From positions 1 through 49,957 of the forward strand of contig JBEKES010000002.1 in the NCBI GenBank assembly GCA_050013715.1: DNA of 49,957 nucleotides, read 5' to 3'. Made by a program: the position numbers and the translations under genes. Every line of letters begins with the position of its first letter. Positions within the stretch are counted from its first letter, which is position 1. Origin of the DNA: Candidatus Micrarchaeaceae archaeon. Lineage in GTDB: Archaea > Micrarchaeota > Micrarchaeia > Micrarchaeales > Micrarchaeaceae. Shown here one piece after another: positions 31,495 through 41,643 of this stretch. The notes beneath the pieces were generated by a model. The model had not been told where the DNA came from. It saw only the letters and a list, made by a program, of their open reading frames with translations, and did not search any database.

Positions 31495-32229
31495 TTGGTT
31501 GAAAAAATCTACCTGAATGACTCTTATGCTAAAGAAACTGATGCTAAAGTAACTTCAATATCAAACAAAAACGAAAAAGAAATCGAAATAGAACTTGACA
31601 AGACTGTATTTTATCCTGGCGGTGGAGGAGAACTTCCAGATACTGGAATTATTTCATTTAATGGGCAAGAGAATAAAGTCATTAATACAAAAAAGAATGG
31701 CGACAATGTTATTCATATTATTGAAGCATTGCCAAATTTTAAAGTTAATGATGAAGTTCATTGCAAAATAGACTGGAAAAAAAGATATGCATACATGAGA
31801 CACCACACTGCGATACATGTGATAAGCGGAATCATGGAATCAAAGTACAATGCAATGTTCACTGGCGGAATGATTAGCGACATGAAATCACACTTCGATT
31901 TCGATATGCCTGAGCTTAACAGAGAACTAGCAGAACAGGTAATAAAGGAATCGCAACTTGTCATAAATAGAAACCTTAATGTTGTTGTCAAAATCCTATC
32001 AAAGGAAGAGGCACTAAAAATACCAAATCTTGTAAGGACAGAACCCGGAAGAGAATTACTAAACAAGCTTGAGACTGTAAGAGTTGTTGATATAGAAAAC
32101 TTTGATGTACAAATGGATGGAGGGACCCATGTCAAAAATACAAAGGAAATAGGGATTGTGAATCTCTCGGGCTTTGAGAACAAAGGCTCTCACAGGAAAA
32201 GAGTAGAGATAAGTCTAAACGACCTATAA
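31495..32229 (+). CDS. alaXM: Alanyl-tRNA editing protein AlaX-M
   Basis: TVFYPGGGG, MRHHTAIH, DGGTHV. Confidence 0.9.
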   Translation: MVEKIYLNDSYAKETDAKVTSISNKNEKEIEIELDKTVFYPGGGGELPDTGIISFNGQENKVINTKKNGDNVIHIIEALPNFKVNDEVHCKIDWKKRYAYMRHHTAIHVISGIMESKYNAMFTGGMISDMKSHFDFDMPELNRELAEQVIKESQLVINRNLNVVVKILSKEEALKIPNLVRTEPGRELLNKLETVRVVDIENFDVQMDGGTHVKNTKEIGIVNLSGFENKGSHRKRVEISLNDL

Positions 32230-32628
32230 CTGCTTTGTTTCGTTGTCCACTTTCTTGTGCTGGTACATGAACGATGCCTCCTTCAATGTTTTCAATGACA
32301 AAGTGGCGCACTTCAATCTTGCTGGCCCGGGATCTATTCCCAGCAAATCTATTATGTCCTTCAATCCCATTTTCTCTATTTCATCAAGAGTCTTACCTTT
32401 TATCTCATCTGTAAGCATGCTTGCTGAAGCCATGCTTATCGCGCACCCATTCCCGTTGAATTTTACCTCCTTTATCCTATTTTTTTCTATTTCCAAATAA
32501 ATTGTAAGATCATCTCCGCACAGGGGATTGTGCTCATGAACGCTTATGCTCGGGTTTTTGATTTCACCCTTGTTGTGCGGATGCTCGTAATGTGATATTA
32601 TCTCTTCGGCATACAAGTCCATTGGCAA
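32224..32628 (-). CDS. sufU: Fe-S scaffold / sulfur transfer protein SufU (IscU/NifU-N family)
   Basis: NPLCGD, GCAISMASAS, RLKCA. Confidence 0.92.
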   Translation of the reverse strand: MPMDLYAEEIISHYEHPHNKGEIKNPSISVHEHNPLCGDDLTIYLEIEKNRIKEVKFNGNGCAISMASASMLTDEIKGKTLDEIEKMGLKDIIDLLGIDPGPARLKCATLSLKTLKEASFMYQHKKVDNETKQL

Positions 32629-32632
32629 AAGA

Positions 32633-33877
32633 TCACTTGATCCTAAATGTGCTTTTTACTTTACCTAATGCTTTAATTGCTGCATCTACCTCTGATTTGT
32701 CATTATACAAATAAAAACTGATTCTTGACAGCGCTGGTTGCATTAACCTTTCAGTAACTAAAGGCATTGCACAGTGATGGCCTGACCTTATTGCTATTCC
32801 TTCGCTGTCAAATATCTGTGCAACATCATGCGGATGAACTTTATCCATGCTGAATGTTATTACTCCTGCTCTTTCATCCATGTTTTTTGAATTGAGTCCA
32901 TAAACTTTTATTCCTTTTACGTTATCTAATTCTTCCAGGGCGTATTTTGTAAGCTCTTTCTCATGTTTTCTTATGTTGCCGATTCCTACTTTGTTAAGAT
33001 AATCTATTGCTGCACCGAATCCGATGCCTCCTGCAACATCGGAGGTTCCTGCCTCAAACTTCCAGGGCAAATCGTTCCACGAATAGGAATCATACTGCAC
33101 TGTCCTTATCATGTCGCCTCCTCCAAAGAGCGGTTCCATGTTTTCAAGTATCTCTCTTTTAGCGTAAAGAACTCCTATCCCTGTTGGTCCGAGCATTTTA
33201 TGTGCAGAGAAAGCAAAGAAATCGCAATCTAACTCTTTTACATCAACTTGCATATGTGGCACAGACTGTGCAGCATCAATTAAAACAAATGCACCATTTT
33301 TGTGAGCGCGTTTTATTATCTCTTTTATGTTGTTTATGGTTCCCAACACGTTGGATACATGCGTAACTGCAACTATTTTTGGTTTTTTCTCAAGCATTTT
33401 ATTGAAGCTGTCCATATCAAGCCTGGAGTTTGTCTTGTCCAGCTTTATGAAATCCAGTATCGCGCCCTTTCTTTTTGCAAGGAGCATCCATGGCACTATG
33501 TTGCTGTGGTGCTCCATTTCCGATATCAGAATATGGTCACCTTTCTTCACGTTTGCATTGCCCCACGCAAGTGAAACAAGGTTTATTGCTTCTGTCGTGT
33601 TTCTTACGTATATAATCTCTTCAATCGAATCGGCATTTATGAACTTGGCAATCTTCTTTTTTGAATCTATATACTCTTCCGTTGCCCTTTCCGCTATCTT
33701 GTATATTCCTCTGTGTATATTGGCGTTGTAGTTCCTGTAGTAATAGTCCATTGACTCAAGGACCTGCTTTGGCTTCTGAGAAGTTGCGGCGCTGTCAAGA
33801 TAAACAAGCTTCTTGCCGTTCATCTTGATCTTCAAAATAGGAAAATCCGCTCTTATCGAATCTACGCTAAACGCCAT
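32633..33877 (-). CDS. sufS: Cysteine desulfurase SufS
   Basis: YLDSAATSQKP, EHHSN, SAHKMLGPTG, RSGHHCA. Confidence 0.96.
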   Translation of the reverse strand: MAFSVDSIRADFPILKIKMNGKKLVYLDSAATSQKPKQVLESMDYYYRNYNANIHRGIYKIAERATEEYIDSKKKIAKFINADSIEEIIYVRNTTEAINLVSLAWGNANVKKGDHILISEMEHHSNIVPWMLLAKRKGAILDFIKLDKTNSRLDMDSFNKMLEKKPKIVAVTHVSNVLGTINNIKEIIKRAHKNGAFVLIDAAQSVPHMQVDVKELDCDFFAFSAHKMLGPTGIGVLYAKREILENMEPLFGGGDMIRTVQYDSYSWNDLPWKFEAGTSDVAGGIGFGAAIDYLNKVGIGNIRKHEKELTKYALEELDNVKGIKVYGLNSKNMDERAGVITFSMDKVHPHDVAQIFDSEGIAIRSGHHCAMPLVTERLMQPALSRISFYLYNDKSEVDAAIKALGKVKSTFRIK

Positions 33878-33884
33878 AGTAGCA

Positions 33885-34622
33885 CTATTTCTTGTTTATG
33901 TATGAATCGTAGCCCTCCTTTTCAAGCTTTTCTATGAGCTCGTTTCCTCCCTCTGCAACAATGGCTCCATCCACCATTACGTGCACGAACTGCGGCTTTA
34001 TGAAAGACAATATTCTACTGTAGTGCGTAATTATCAGAAGTCCTAAATTCTCTTTTTCGGAAATGTTGTTTATCGCGTTGGAAACTACCTTTATTGCATC
34101 TATGTCAAGTCCTGAGTCCGGTTCATCTAATATTGCAATCTTTGGCCTAAGCACAGACAATTGAAGAACCTCTGCCTTCTTCTTCTCTCCACCAGAGAAT
34201 CCCTGATTGAGCGATCTTCCAAGGAAATCCTCTCCCATCTTCAAGTCATTTATGTTGCTTTTTATCTCTTTCATGAAATCCTTTGTGCTTTCGGTGTTGC
34301 CAACTGACTGCTTTGCAAGATGAAGGAAATTTATGAATCCTACTCCTTCTATTTCCACAGGATTCTGGAATTGAAGGAACAATCCAGACTTTGCCCTCTT
34401 GTCTGTTGTCATTCCAAGTGCGCTTTCGTTGTCTATAAGTATGTCCCCTTTGGTTACAATGGTTCTTGGATGGCCCATTATCGCCTTGGCAAGCGTGCTT
34501 TTGCCTGAGCCGTTGGGTCCCATTATGACATGGGTTTCGCCCTGCTTGATTTTGAGGTTTATTCCCTTTATTATTTCCTTGCCCTCGATTCCTACGTGCA
34601 AATCCTTTAATTCTAGTATCAT
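33885..34622 (-). CDS. sufC: Fe-S assembly ATPase SufC
   Basis: GPNGSGKST, FSGGEKK, LDEPDSGLDID. Confidence 0.96.
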   Translation of the reverse strand: MILELKDLHVGIEGKEIIKGINLKIKQGETHVIMGPNGSGKSTLAKAIMGHPRTIVTKGDILIDNESALGMTTDKRAKSGLFLQFQNPVEIEGVGFINFLHLAKQSVGNTESTKDFMKEIKSNINDLKMGEDFLGRSLNQGFSGGEKKKAEVLQLSVLRPKIAILDEPDSGLDIDAIKVVSNAINNISEKENLGLLIITHYSRILSFIKPQFVHVMVDGAIVAEGGNELIEKLEKEGYDSYINKK

Positions 34623-34629
34623 ATTCTCA

Positions 34630-34938
34630 CTATTTTACAATAAACGTGCAATTAAATTTCTTATTATCTTGACACATCCTACACATTATTCTTTGACCAT
34701 CTTTTTCATTTTTCGTTGTCTTTTCGACGAAATTTGCCAATAGATCTTCATCTATACTTATATCTTTGAATTTCTCAGGACTTTCCTTGAGGTATTTGCT
34801 TATTGCAGCTTGTGTGGTTCCCAGTATAGCTGCAGCCTGCTGCTGCTTTATTCCATAATCATTTACCATCATCTTAGCTGCCTTCAACCTAAATGCTGGT
34901 ATGAATTTTTTCATAACTCTCTCGTAATTTGTAAGCAT
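34630..34938 (-). CDS. HTH transcriptional regulator (COG2522-like) with C-terminal cysteines
   Basis: IPAFR...GIKQQQAAAILGTTQAAISKYL...CRMC...C; start at MLTNY. Confidence 0.8.
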   Translation of the reverse strand: MLTNYERVMKKFIPAFRLKAAKMMVNDYGIKQQQAAAILGTTQAAISKYLKESPEKFKDISIDEDLLANFVEKTTKNEKDGQRIMCRMCQDNKKFNCTFIVK

Positions 34939-34942
34939 AATA

Positions 34943-36229
34943 TCACTGATCTGTTCCTCTATACTTGTAATGGCCCTTGAATATGTCACTATCTTTTGCA
35001 TCAGTTGAAGCAACCCAAACATTTCTTGCATTCATGTTAGGAACCACTCCATAACTTTTATCCTCCAATTTGCTGTTGATCAACGACATGGAAAATTCCT
35101 TCATCAAGCTGTTTTTAATCTTTGCAATGCTGTTGGCAAAGAATCCAGTTATAAGCAATTTCCTTACTCCTACTTCATCGATTCCTTTAGACATAAGGTA
35201 AAATACGGATTCCTCATCTACTGGGCTTGTTGCTGAAGAGTGCGTTGCCCTAACGTCATTTTCATCTACTGACATGTCCGGAAGTCCGTAAACCTTTGCA
35301 TCTTTGCTTAGTAATATGCCTCTTTCATGCACATAGGATTTTGATTTTGATGCGCCCTTTTTGATTTTTGCGAAACCCTTCATTATGCAGAAAGAATTGT
35401 CCATGAGTGCTGCCTTAGATTCAAGACTTACGTTTGTGTGGGAACCTCCATTCACCACATAGGTTCCTATGTCAAATTTTTGCGAAGAAGCCCCGAAAAT
35501 TACTTCATTGACCTCTGCTTTGCTGTTCTTCTCATTTGCCTCTACAATATTTCTTACTCTTGTATGTATCGATCCTATATAAACAGAATTCAATATCAGA
35601 TTAGATTCGCTTTTGGAAGTATTTTTGAAGAATGATAAACTTAACGTGTTTTTGTTCTCATTATGAAGACAATTCAACTCAAGTTCAGCGTGTTCCTCAA
35701 GATGTGCCTCATGTATGATGCCGATCGTGGATGGTTTTGTTGCATCTGATGCGTAATATTCGAAAACTTCCAGCTTTGAGGATTTTCCCAGTTTTATGAA
35801 TATCCTTTCATTTAGGCTTTTATCTGATCCAAATACTAGAACATTAATACCTGTTTTCTGATTATCTGGTATGTCTATCAAAATTGATTCTTTAGAATAA
35901 GCATTGATAAATGCAACGTATTTATCTTCGCTGCTCTTATGCATGCTTTTTTCGGTGTCTAACTTTTCATTATTTATTAGTTTTACGAATTCCTTCTGAT
36001 TTACAATTGCTGATCCATCGCTTAATACAATCACGTCAAACTTTATCTGGAATTTTTGAAGCTCTTTTTCTATATTTAAATTTACTGTTGCATTTTTGTC
36101 AGGTATCACATCAAATGGTATATTGATGAAGTACCTTTTGTATATTTCTGAAGTCTCTTGTGGTAACTTCTGATAATTTTCCATTGCTTCTTTTACAAAT
36201 GCGTTGTAATCTTTCAATTTATCACTCAA
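34943..36229 (-). CDS. sufD: Fe-S assembly protein SufD
   Basis: DENDVRATHSSA, FYLMSKGI; beta-helix-like middle region. Confidence 0.9.
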   Translation of the reverse strand: MSDKLKDYNAFVKEAMENYQKLPQETSEIYKRYFINIPFDVIPDKNATVNLNIEKELQKFQIKFDVIVLSDGSAIVNQKEFVKLINNEKLDTEKSMHKSSEDKYVAFINAYSKESILIDIPDNQKTGINVLVFGSDKSLNERIFIKLGKSSKLEVFEYYASDATKPSTIGIIHEAHLEEHAELELNCLHNENKNTLSLSFFKNTSKSESNLILNSVYIGSIHTRVRNIVEANEKNSKAEVNEVIFGASSQKFDIGTYVVNGGSHTNVSLESKAALMDNSFCIMKGFAKIKKGASKSKSYVHERGILLSKDAKVYGLPDMSVDENDVRATHSSATSPVDEESVFYLMSKGIDEVGVRKLLITGFFANSIAKIKNSLMKEFSMSLINSKLEDKSYGVVPNMNARNVWVASTDAKDSDIFKGHYKYRGTDQ

Positions 36230-36232
36230 GTA

Positions 36233-37660
36233 TTAACCGACAGAATTTGACATGTCTAATTTTATCAATCTTCTTAATTCAATCGAATATTCAAGAGGCA
36301 ATGCCCTTGCAAGTGGGTCTATGAATCCTAACACTATTGTTGTTAGTGCCTCTTCTTCATTCATTCCTCTGGACATCAAATAGAAAAGTTGCTCCTCTCC
36401 TACTTTTCCTGTGCTTGCCTCGTGAGTTATTGTTGCATCCTCACGATTTACTTCCATGTATGGGTAAGTGTTAGTTTTTGATTGCTCATCCAAAAGCAAA
36501 GCATCACATCTTACAGAGCTTTTCACATTCGATGCATCTTTTCCTATGTACAATAATCCGCGATAAGTTGAGACTCCATTTCCAGAAGAAACGCTCTTCG
36601 ATATTATTTGCGATGTTGTATCTGGTGCAAGATGGTATATCTTGCCTCCCGAATCCTGAACCTGATCAGGGCCTGCAATTGCAATTGAGAGTATTTCACC
36701 TTTTGCACCTCTTTCCTTTAGGAAAACAGAAGGATATTTCATATTCAGTTTGCTGCCTATATTTCCATCAATCCAAGTCACGCTTGCGTTCTCGTAGGCA
36801 AATGCTCTTTGGGTTACAAGATTGTAAACATTCTTCGACCAGTTTTGTATTGTTACGTATTTTATTGTAGCGTTTTTGTGTGCAACAAGCTCAACAACTG
36901 CAGAATGTAATGATGAGCTCATGTATATTGGGGCAGTGCACCCCTCGACGTAGACAACTTCTGCGCCTTCATCAGCTATTATTAATGTCCTTTCAAACTG
37001 TCCTGCCTTTTCTGAATTTATTCTGAAATATGCCTGCAATGGCATCTTCAACTTTACGCCTTTTGGTACATAAATAAAACTTCCACCAGACCATACTGCT
37101 GTATTAAGCGCTGCGAATTTATTATCAGTTGGCGGTATTACTGTCCCAAAATATTTTTTCATAAGTTCTGGGTATTCCTTTACTGCTTCATCTGTGCTGA
37201 TGAAAACAACTCCCTCTTTTGCAAGATCTTCTCTTATGTGAGAATATACAACTTCTGAATCATACTGCGCTTCTGCACCTGCAAAGAACTTTCTTTCCGC
37301 TTCTGGAATTCCTAATTTGTCGAAAGTGTCTTTTATCTCCTTTGGCACCGAATCCCAGCTGTTTCCCCCCTTCTTGTCTGTCGGTTTTAGATAATAATAA
37401 ATGTCATTGTAATCTATTTCATTGAGGTTGCCTCCCCACTGCGGAGTTGGCTTTGCAAGAAATTGCTTGTATCCTATCAATCTTTTTTCTAACATCCATT
37501 CCGGTTCGTTCTTCATTGCTGATATTTCCCTTACTATGTCTTCTGAAAGCCCCTTTTGCGTTTTGAATTTGTATTCAAAGGAATCGTTGAAGCCGTATCG
37601 CTCCCTGTACTCGTCTTCCTTGACTACAACTTCTTGATTATTGCTATTAGAAGAAGCCAT
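36233..37660 (-). CDS. sufB: Fe-S assembly protein SufB
   Basis: GQFERTLII, YVEGCTAP, QNWS, FYLMSRG. Confidence 0.97.
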   Translation of the reverse strand: MASSNSNNQEVVVKEDEYRERYGFNDSFEYKFKTQKGLSEDIVREISAMKNEPEWMLEKRLIGYKQFLAKPTPQWGGNLNEIDYNDIYYYLKPTDKKGGNSWDSVPKEIKDTFDKLGIPEAERKFFAGAEAQYDSEVVYSHIREDLAKEGVVFISTDEAVKEYPELMKKYFGTVIPPTDNKFAALNTAVWSGGSFIYVPKGVKLKMPLQAYFRINSEKAGQFERTLIIADEGAEVVYVEGCTAPIYMSSSLHSAVVELVAHKNATIKYVTIQNWSKNVYNLVTQRAFAYENASVTWIDGNIGSKLNMKYPSVFLKERGAKGEILSIAIAGPDQVQDSGGKIYHLAPDTTSQIISKSVSSGNGVSTYRGLLYIGKDASNVKSSVRCDALLLDEQSKTNTYPYMEVNREDATITHEASTGKVGEEQLFYLMSRGMNEEEALTTIVLGFIDPLARALPLEYSIELRRLIKLDMSNSVG

Positions 37661-37670
37661 TAATGCACCT

Positions 37671-37687
37671 TTATAACTGGGTTATAA
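37671..37687. promoter_or_regulatory. Palindromic operator upstream of suf operon
   Basis: TTATAAC-TGG-GTTATAA between TATA (TTTAAATA, minus strand 37704-37697) and RBS (AGGTG, 37670-37666). Confidence 0.65.
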
Positions 37688-37809
37688 TTTTCAAGGTATT
37701 TAAACTTTGTGTTGCAATGCGACAATAAAAATACAAAAATTGCTAGGCCGAAAATATGCCCTCTTTGCCAATCTTTTTATTAATTGGCACTCCATTAAGA
37801 TAAACTGAT

Positions 37810-39084
37810 TTGGTTGATTCGATAGCTGGTAAGAAAGAAGCAGATAATAGACTCATCATAGGACTGATAATACTTGCAATACTAATCGTAGTGGCATTCT
37901 TCCTGATCAAAAATCCTGTCACTACATTCATAAAGCAAATGGGTAATTATACAAAAAAGAACCTGTCCAGCAAAAACACAACGTCCAATTCAATCAATAG
38001 GACAAAGCATTCCACTTCTACAATAATATTCAACGGCAATACCACAATAACTTCCAACGGCACTGAGACATCTACATCTGTTAACACAACAACAAGCACC
38101 ATAGCGAATTACACCAACCAAACCAGCAGCAACGGTTACCTATACTGCGTAGGAAACGGTGCAATATATCCTCAAACTGATGTTTACTATGCGCCAATAT
38201 CAAGTTCAGGCATAGGCGACTGGACCAATACGACAAGCTACCCTGGCAAATTCTACGACGCTGGTTGCTCCATCTACAACAATACCATATACTGCGTAGG
38301 CTCAGGAAGCGTCATAACGAATCAGACCAAAAGCTACAGCTTCTATGCATCTGCTTCCGGCTCGGGCATAGGCAACTGGACGCCCACAACAAATTATCCT
38401 ACAATATTCCATGATGGCAGCTGCTCAATAAACAATGGCTACATATACTGTGTGGGAGGAGGCAGCTACTCCAGTCCTTACTATTCCTATTATGCTCCAA
38501 TTTCAAATTCAGGCATAGGCAATTGGATCCAAACCTCTACATATCCCAGTGGTTTGTACGATGCAGGTTGTTCCATTTACGATAACATAATCTATTGCGT
38601 TGGCTCGGCATACATACCAAGCACAAATCCTCCAACCTATAGCAATGCAACGCTTAGCCTTGCCTATTATGCAACAGCCTCAAGCTCAGGCATAGGCCCG
38701 TGGAAAAACACAACGAGCTATCCGGTGCCTTTCTTCAGCGCTGGTTGCTCCACCTACAATAATTACATCTACTGCGTAGGCAATGCAGCAGATTCCCCGG
38801 ATGCAACGCTTGCCTATTCTGCACCCATAGGCTCGAAGGGCATAGGCCAATGGACGCAAACCACTAGCTATCCAGTGCCTTTGTCAAATGCAGGCTGCGC
38901 CGCCCAGAACAGCACGCTATACTGCGTAGGCTCAGAAAACTATACTGCTTCGCAATCCGCCTACTATGCACCCATAGGAAACGGCCAGATAGGTTCGTGG
39001 AACCAGACAACCAGCTATCCTGAACCTTTCTTCGGGGCCTATTGCTCCGTAAGCGGAGCAAGCGGCGGATTATATTCTAGTTAA
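37810..39084 (+). CDS. Membrane-anchored surface protein with six Kelch-like repeats
   Basis: N-terminal TM, Thr/Ser/Asn stalk, six repeats YCVG...YAPI.SSGIG.W..TTSYP...AGCS. Confidence 0.8.
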   Translation: MVDSIAGKKEADNRLIIGLIILAILIVVAFFLIKNPVTTFIKQMGNYTKKNLSSKNTTSNSINRTKHSTSTIIFNGNTTITSNGTETSTSVNTTTSTIANYTNQTSSNGYLYCVGNGAIYPQTDVYYAPISSSGIGDWTNTTSYPGKFYDAGCSIYNNTIYCVGSGSVITNQTKSYSFYASASGSGIGNWTPTTNYPTIFHDGSCSINNGYIYCVGGGSYSSPYYSYYAPISNSGIGNWIQTSTYPSGLYDAGCSIYDNIIYCVGSAYIPSTNPPTYSNATLSLAYYATASSSGIGPWKNTTSYPVPFFSAGCSTYNNYIYCVGNAADSPDATLAYSAPIGSKGIGQWTQTTSYPVPLSNAGCAAQNSTLYCVGSENYTASQSAYYAPIGNGQIGSWNQTTSYPEPFFGAYCSVSGASGGLYSS

Positions 39085-39150
39085 TAAAACGGAAAATAAT
39101 TCCAATAAGGATAAATAGATTAAAGAAGAATATCCTGTGCTTGTTTTAAA

Positions 39151-40788
39151 ATGATTGATATGCCCAAACAAAAATTCATGAACGAAGCTACCTACAAGAA
39201 ATATTTGGAAAGCGGAAACGAAAGCATGTTCGACCAGTTGTTCGATAATTCATTGCAAGAGGTTCAAAAGAATTTCGGTGCGCAGAACGCAATGTACATA
39301 TCGGGCAAGGCGATATATTCAAACGAACTGATAGAGGAAAGATCGCCCATAGATTCAAACATAATAATAGGCACGTTCCAGAAGGGCACAAGGGAGCACG
39401 CGCAAACTGCAATAGCAAATGCGCAGAAGGCATTCGGTCCCTGGAGCAAAACAAAATACATAGAGAAAGTCTCCATATTCAGGAATGCAGCATCAATTCT
39501 CTCAAAGAGGAAATTCCAGATTGCCGCAATACTCAGCTATGAAAACGGGAAGTCAAGATACGAATCCATTGGGGAGGTAGATGAAGCCATAGACTTCATG
39601 AAATACTATGCCAACGAAATGGAGTCAAACAAGGGCTATGCTAGAAAAAATTCAACTGATCCAAGCGCAAAGAAAGTTGAATCTGGATTTCAGGGTGCTC
39701 CATCCGATGCCGAGAAGGTAAGCATTGTTTTGAAGCCCTACGGTGTTTTCGGAGTCATAGCTCCTTTCAATTTTCCTATTTCCATTTCAATAGGCATGAG
39801 CTCAGCCGCCATGATAACCGGCAATACCGTGGTTTTCAAGCCATCGTGCTCTGAAAACATGACGATGCTCACTGGATTGAAGATATACGAATTATTCAAA
39901 GATGCGGGAATTCCCCCTGGGGTTTTCAATTACATAACAGGTCCAGGTTCAATTCTAGGAGAAGAATTGGTATCAAGCGAAAACGTTTCAGGCATAGCGT
40001 TTACCGGTTCAAGAAGCGTTGGGATGAATATGCTTTCAAAAACTTTCAATTCCAACAAGCAGAAAGTATTTGTAGTGGAAATGGGCGGCAAGAATCCCGC
40101 AATAATAATGAAAGACGCTGACATTGACAAGGCAGTTTCAGGAGTCGCGAGCGCAGCCTTCGGCTATGCGGGCCAGAAGTGCAGCGCATTATCAAGAGTC
40201 TATATCCATGAATCGATAAAAGAACAATTTATAAGCAAACTGATAGGCAAGACAAGAGAATTATCCATAGGAAATCCATTAATCAAGTCAACCTACATTG
40301 GCCCGTTGATAAGCAAGAGTGCCTTCGACAGATACGACAATGCAGTGAAGAAGGCGAAGGATACCGCAAAAATACTGTATGGGGGAAACAGCGTAAAGAC
40401 AGGGCTCAAGGGCTATTATGTAGAACCTACAATAATAGAAACCAGGCACGACAACGAACTGGTGCAGAAGGAACTGTTCGCTCCAATATTAACAATTGAA
40501 ACATTCACGGAAATAGATGAAGCGATAAGAATGGCCAACGATACGGAATACGGACTCACTGCTGGTTTCTATGGAAAGAATCTGAATGACATAAAAAGAT
40601 TCATCAATAACATACAGGCAGGAGTTGTATATGTTAACAGGAAAGTAAGCGCCACTACCGGAGCAATGGTAGGACTTCATACCTTTGTAGGCTGGAAAGG
40701 CAGCGGCCTGACAGGAAAAGGCACCGGAAGCAAGTTCTACCTTCAGCAATTCATGAAAGAGCAGAGCATATCGGTAACGGAACAATAG
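39151..40788 (+). CDS. Aldehyde dehydrogenase, probably 1-pyrroline-5-carboxylate dehydrogenase
   Basis: PFNFP, FTGS, EMGGKN, GQKCSA, ELFAP. Confidence 0.88.
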   Translation: MIDMPKQKFMNEATYKKYLESGNESMFDQLFDNSLQEVQKNFGAQNAMYISGKAIYSNELIEERSPIDSNIIIGTFQKGTREHAQTAIANAQKAFGPWSKTKYIEKVSIFRNAASILSKRKFQIAAILSYENGKSRYESIGEVDEAIDFMKYYANEMESNKGYARKNSTDPSAKKVESGFQGAPSDAEKVSIVLKPYGVFGVIAPFNFPISISIGMSSAAMITGNTVVFKPSCSENMTMLTGLKIYELFKDAGIPPGVFNYITGPGSILGEELVSSENVSGIAFTGSRSVGMNMLSKTFNSNKQKVFVVEMGGKNPAIIMKDADIDKAVSGVASAAFGYAGQKCSALSRVYIHESIKEQFISKLIGKTRELSIGNPLIKSTYIGPLISKSAFDRYDNAVKKAKDTAKILYGGNSVKTGLKGYYVEPTIIETRHDNELVQKELFAPILTIETFTEIDEAIRMANDTEYGLTAGFYGKNLNDIKRFINNIQAGVVYVNRKVSATTGAMVGLHTFVGWKGSGLTGKGTGSKFYLQQFMKEQSISVTEQ

Positions 40789-40796
40789 GTGCTTAT

Positions 40797-41198
40797 CTGG
40801 TTTTAAAATTCCTCTACAAACTTCAAAAATACCAAACAAAAAAAATTACCATAAACAAAAAGAGTTTCTACGCGTTTATTGCTGATTCATCACTGAAAAG
40901 AATGATCGGATTGATGTACAGAACTTCAATAAATCAAAATCAGTGCATGTTATTCATTTTCGAAAGTGAAGGCAAGCACGCCATATGGATGCAGAACATG
41001 CAGTTTGCTATAGATGTGCTTTGGCTCGACAGCAAATTTAAAATAGTTGACATAAAGGAAAACTTCATGCCCTGCAAATCATTATGGACATGCAAGGAAT
41101 ATGTGCCAAAAGAAGATGCAAAATACGTTATTGAATTAACTCAAGGAACCGTCAAAAGGGAAAAAATAACTTCTGGCTCCAAAATAAAGGTTAATTGA
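40797..41198 (+). CDS. DUF192 family protein
   Basis: AFIAD...RMIGLMYR, MLFIF, WMQNM.FAIDV, YVIEL; frame open upstream of ATG 40902, probable CTG start. Confidence 0.8.
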   Translation: MVLKFLYKLQKYQTKKITINKKSFYAFIADSSLKRMIGLMYRTSINQNQCMLFIFESEGKHAIWMQNMQFAIDVLWLDSKFKIVDIKENFMPCKSLWTCKEYVPKEDAKYVIELTQGTVKREKITSGSKIKVN

Positions 41199-41205
41199 TT
41201 CTGAA

Positions 41206-41607
41206 TTAGAATCCGAAATATTTTCTTATTCTTGGTCTTGTAAGATAATATGCAGCTATGAGCCCCACGATCAATCCTACTATGTCAACAAAAGCAATTG
41301 AAAGTATGCAAAGCGCAGATATCACTATACCCAGCCACCAGCCCCATCTTGTTCCCTTCCAGAATCCATATGCGGTTAACAGCAATAGTACTCCCATTAT
41401 GAAGAGTACAACCGCTCCAAATCCAAATATGGTTCCTATAAATAGACTTAGGACGCCTAGACTTCCTACCAAGCTGAAGAACGCCGCTCCGGCAAACATA
41501 AGAAACGCAGCCACGAAAGCAATGGCGGCAAGTATGGTTATTTCAACTGGCCGCTCTTTTTGACCTGGCTGTTTATGCCCCGGTTTCGTTCTTCTTTTTC
41601 TTGGTAT
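41206..41607 (-). CDS. Small multi-pass membrane protein
   Basis: ERPVEITILA...AYGFWKGTRWGWWLG...YLTRPRIRKYF; probable ATA start after AGGTG. Confidence 0.75.
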   Translation of the reverse strand: MPRKRRTKPGHKQPGQKERPVEITILAAIAFVAAFLMFAGAAFFSLVGSLGVLSLFIGTIFGFGAVVLFIMGVLLLLTAYGFWKGTRWGWWLGIVISALCILSIAFVDIVGLIVGLIAAYYLTRPRIRKYFGF

Positions 41608-41643
41608 CTAAGCACCTAAAAATAAAATAAAAAGAAGAAGTGA

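Noticed and set aside
34939..35031. N-terminal extension of the HTH ORF
   Set aside because: Overlaps the sufD 3' end; the family-like sequence starts at ATG 34938.
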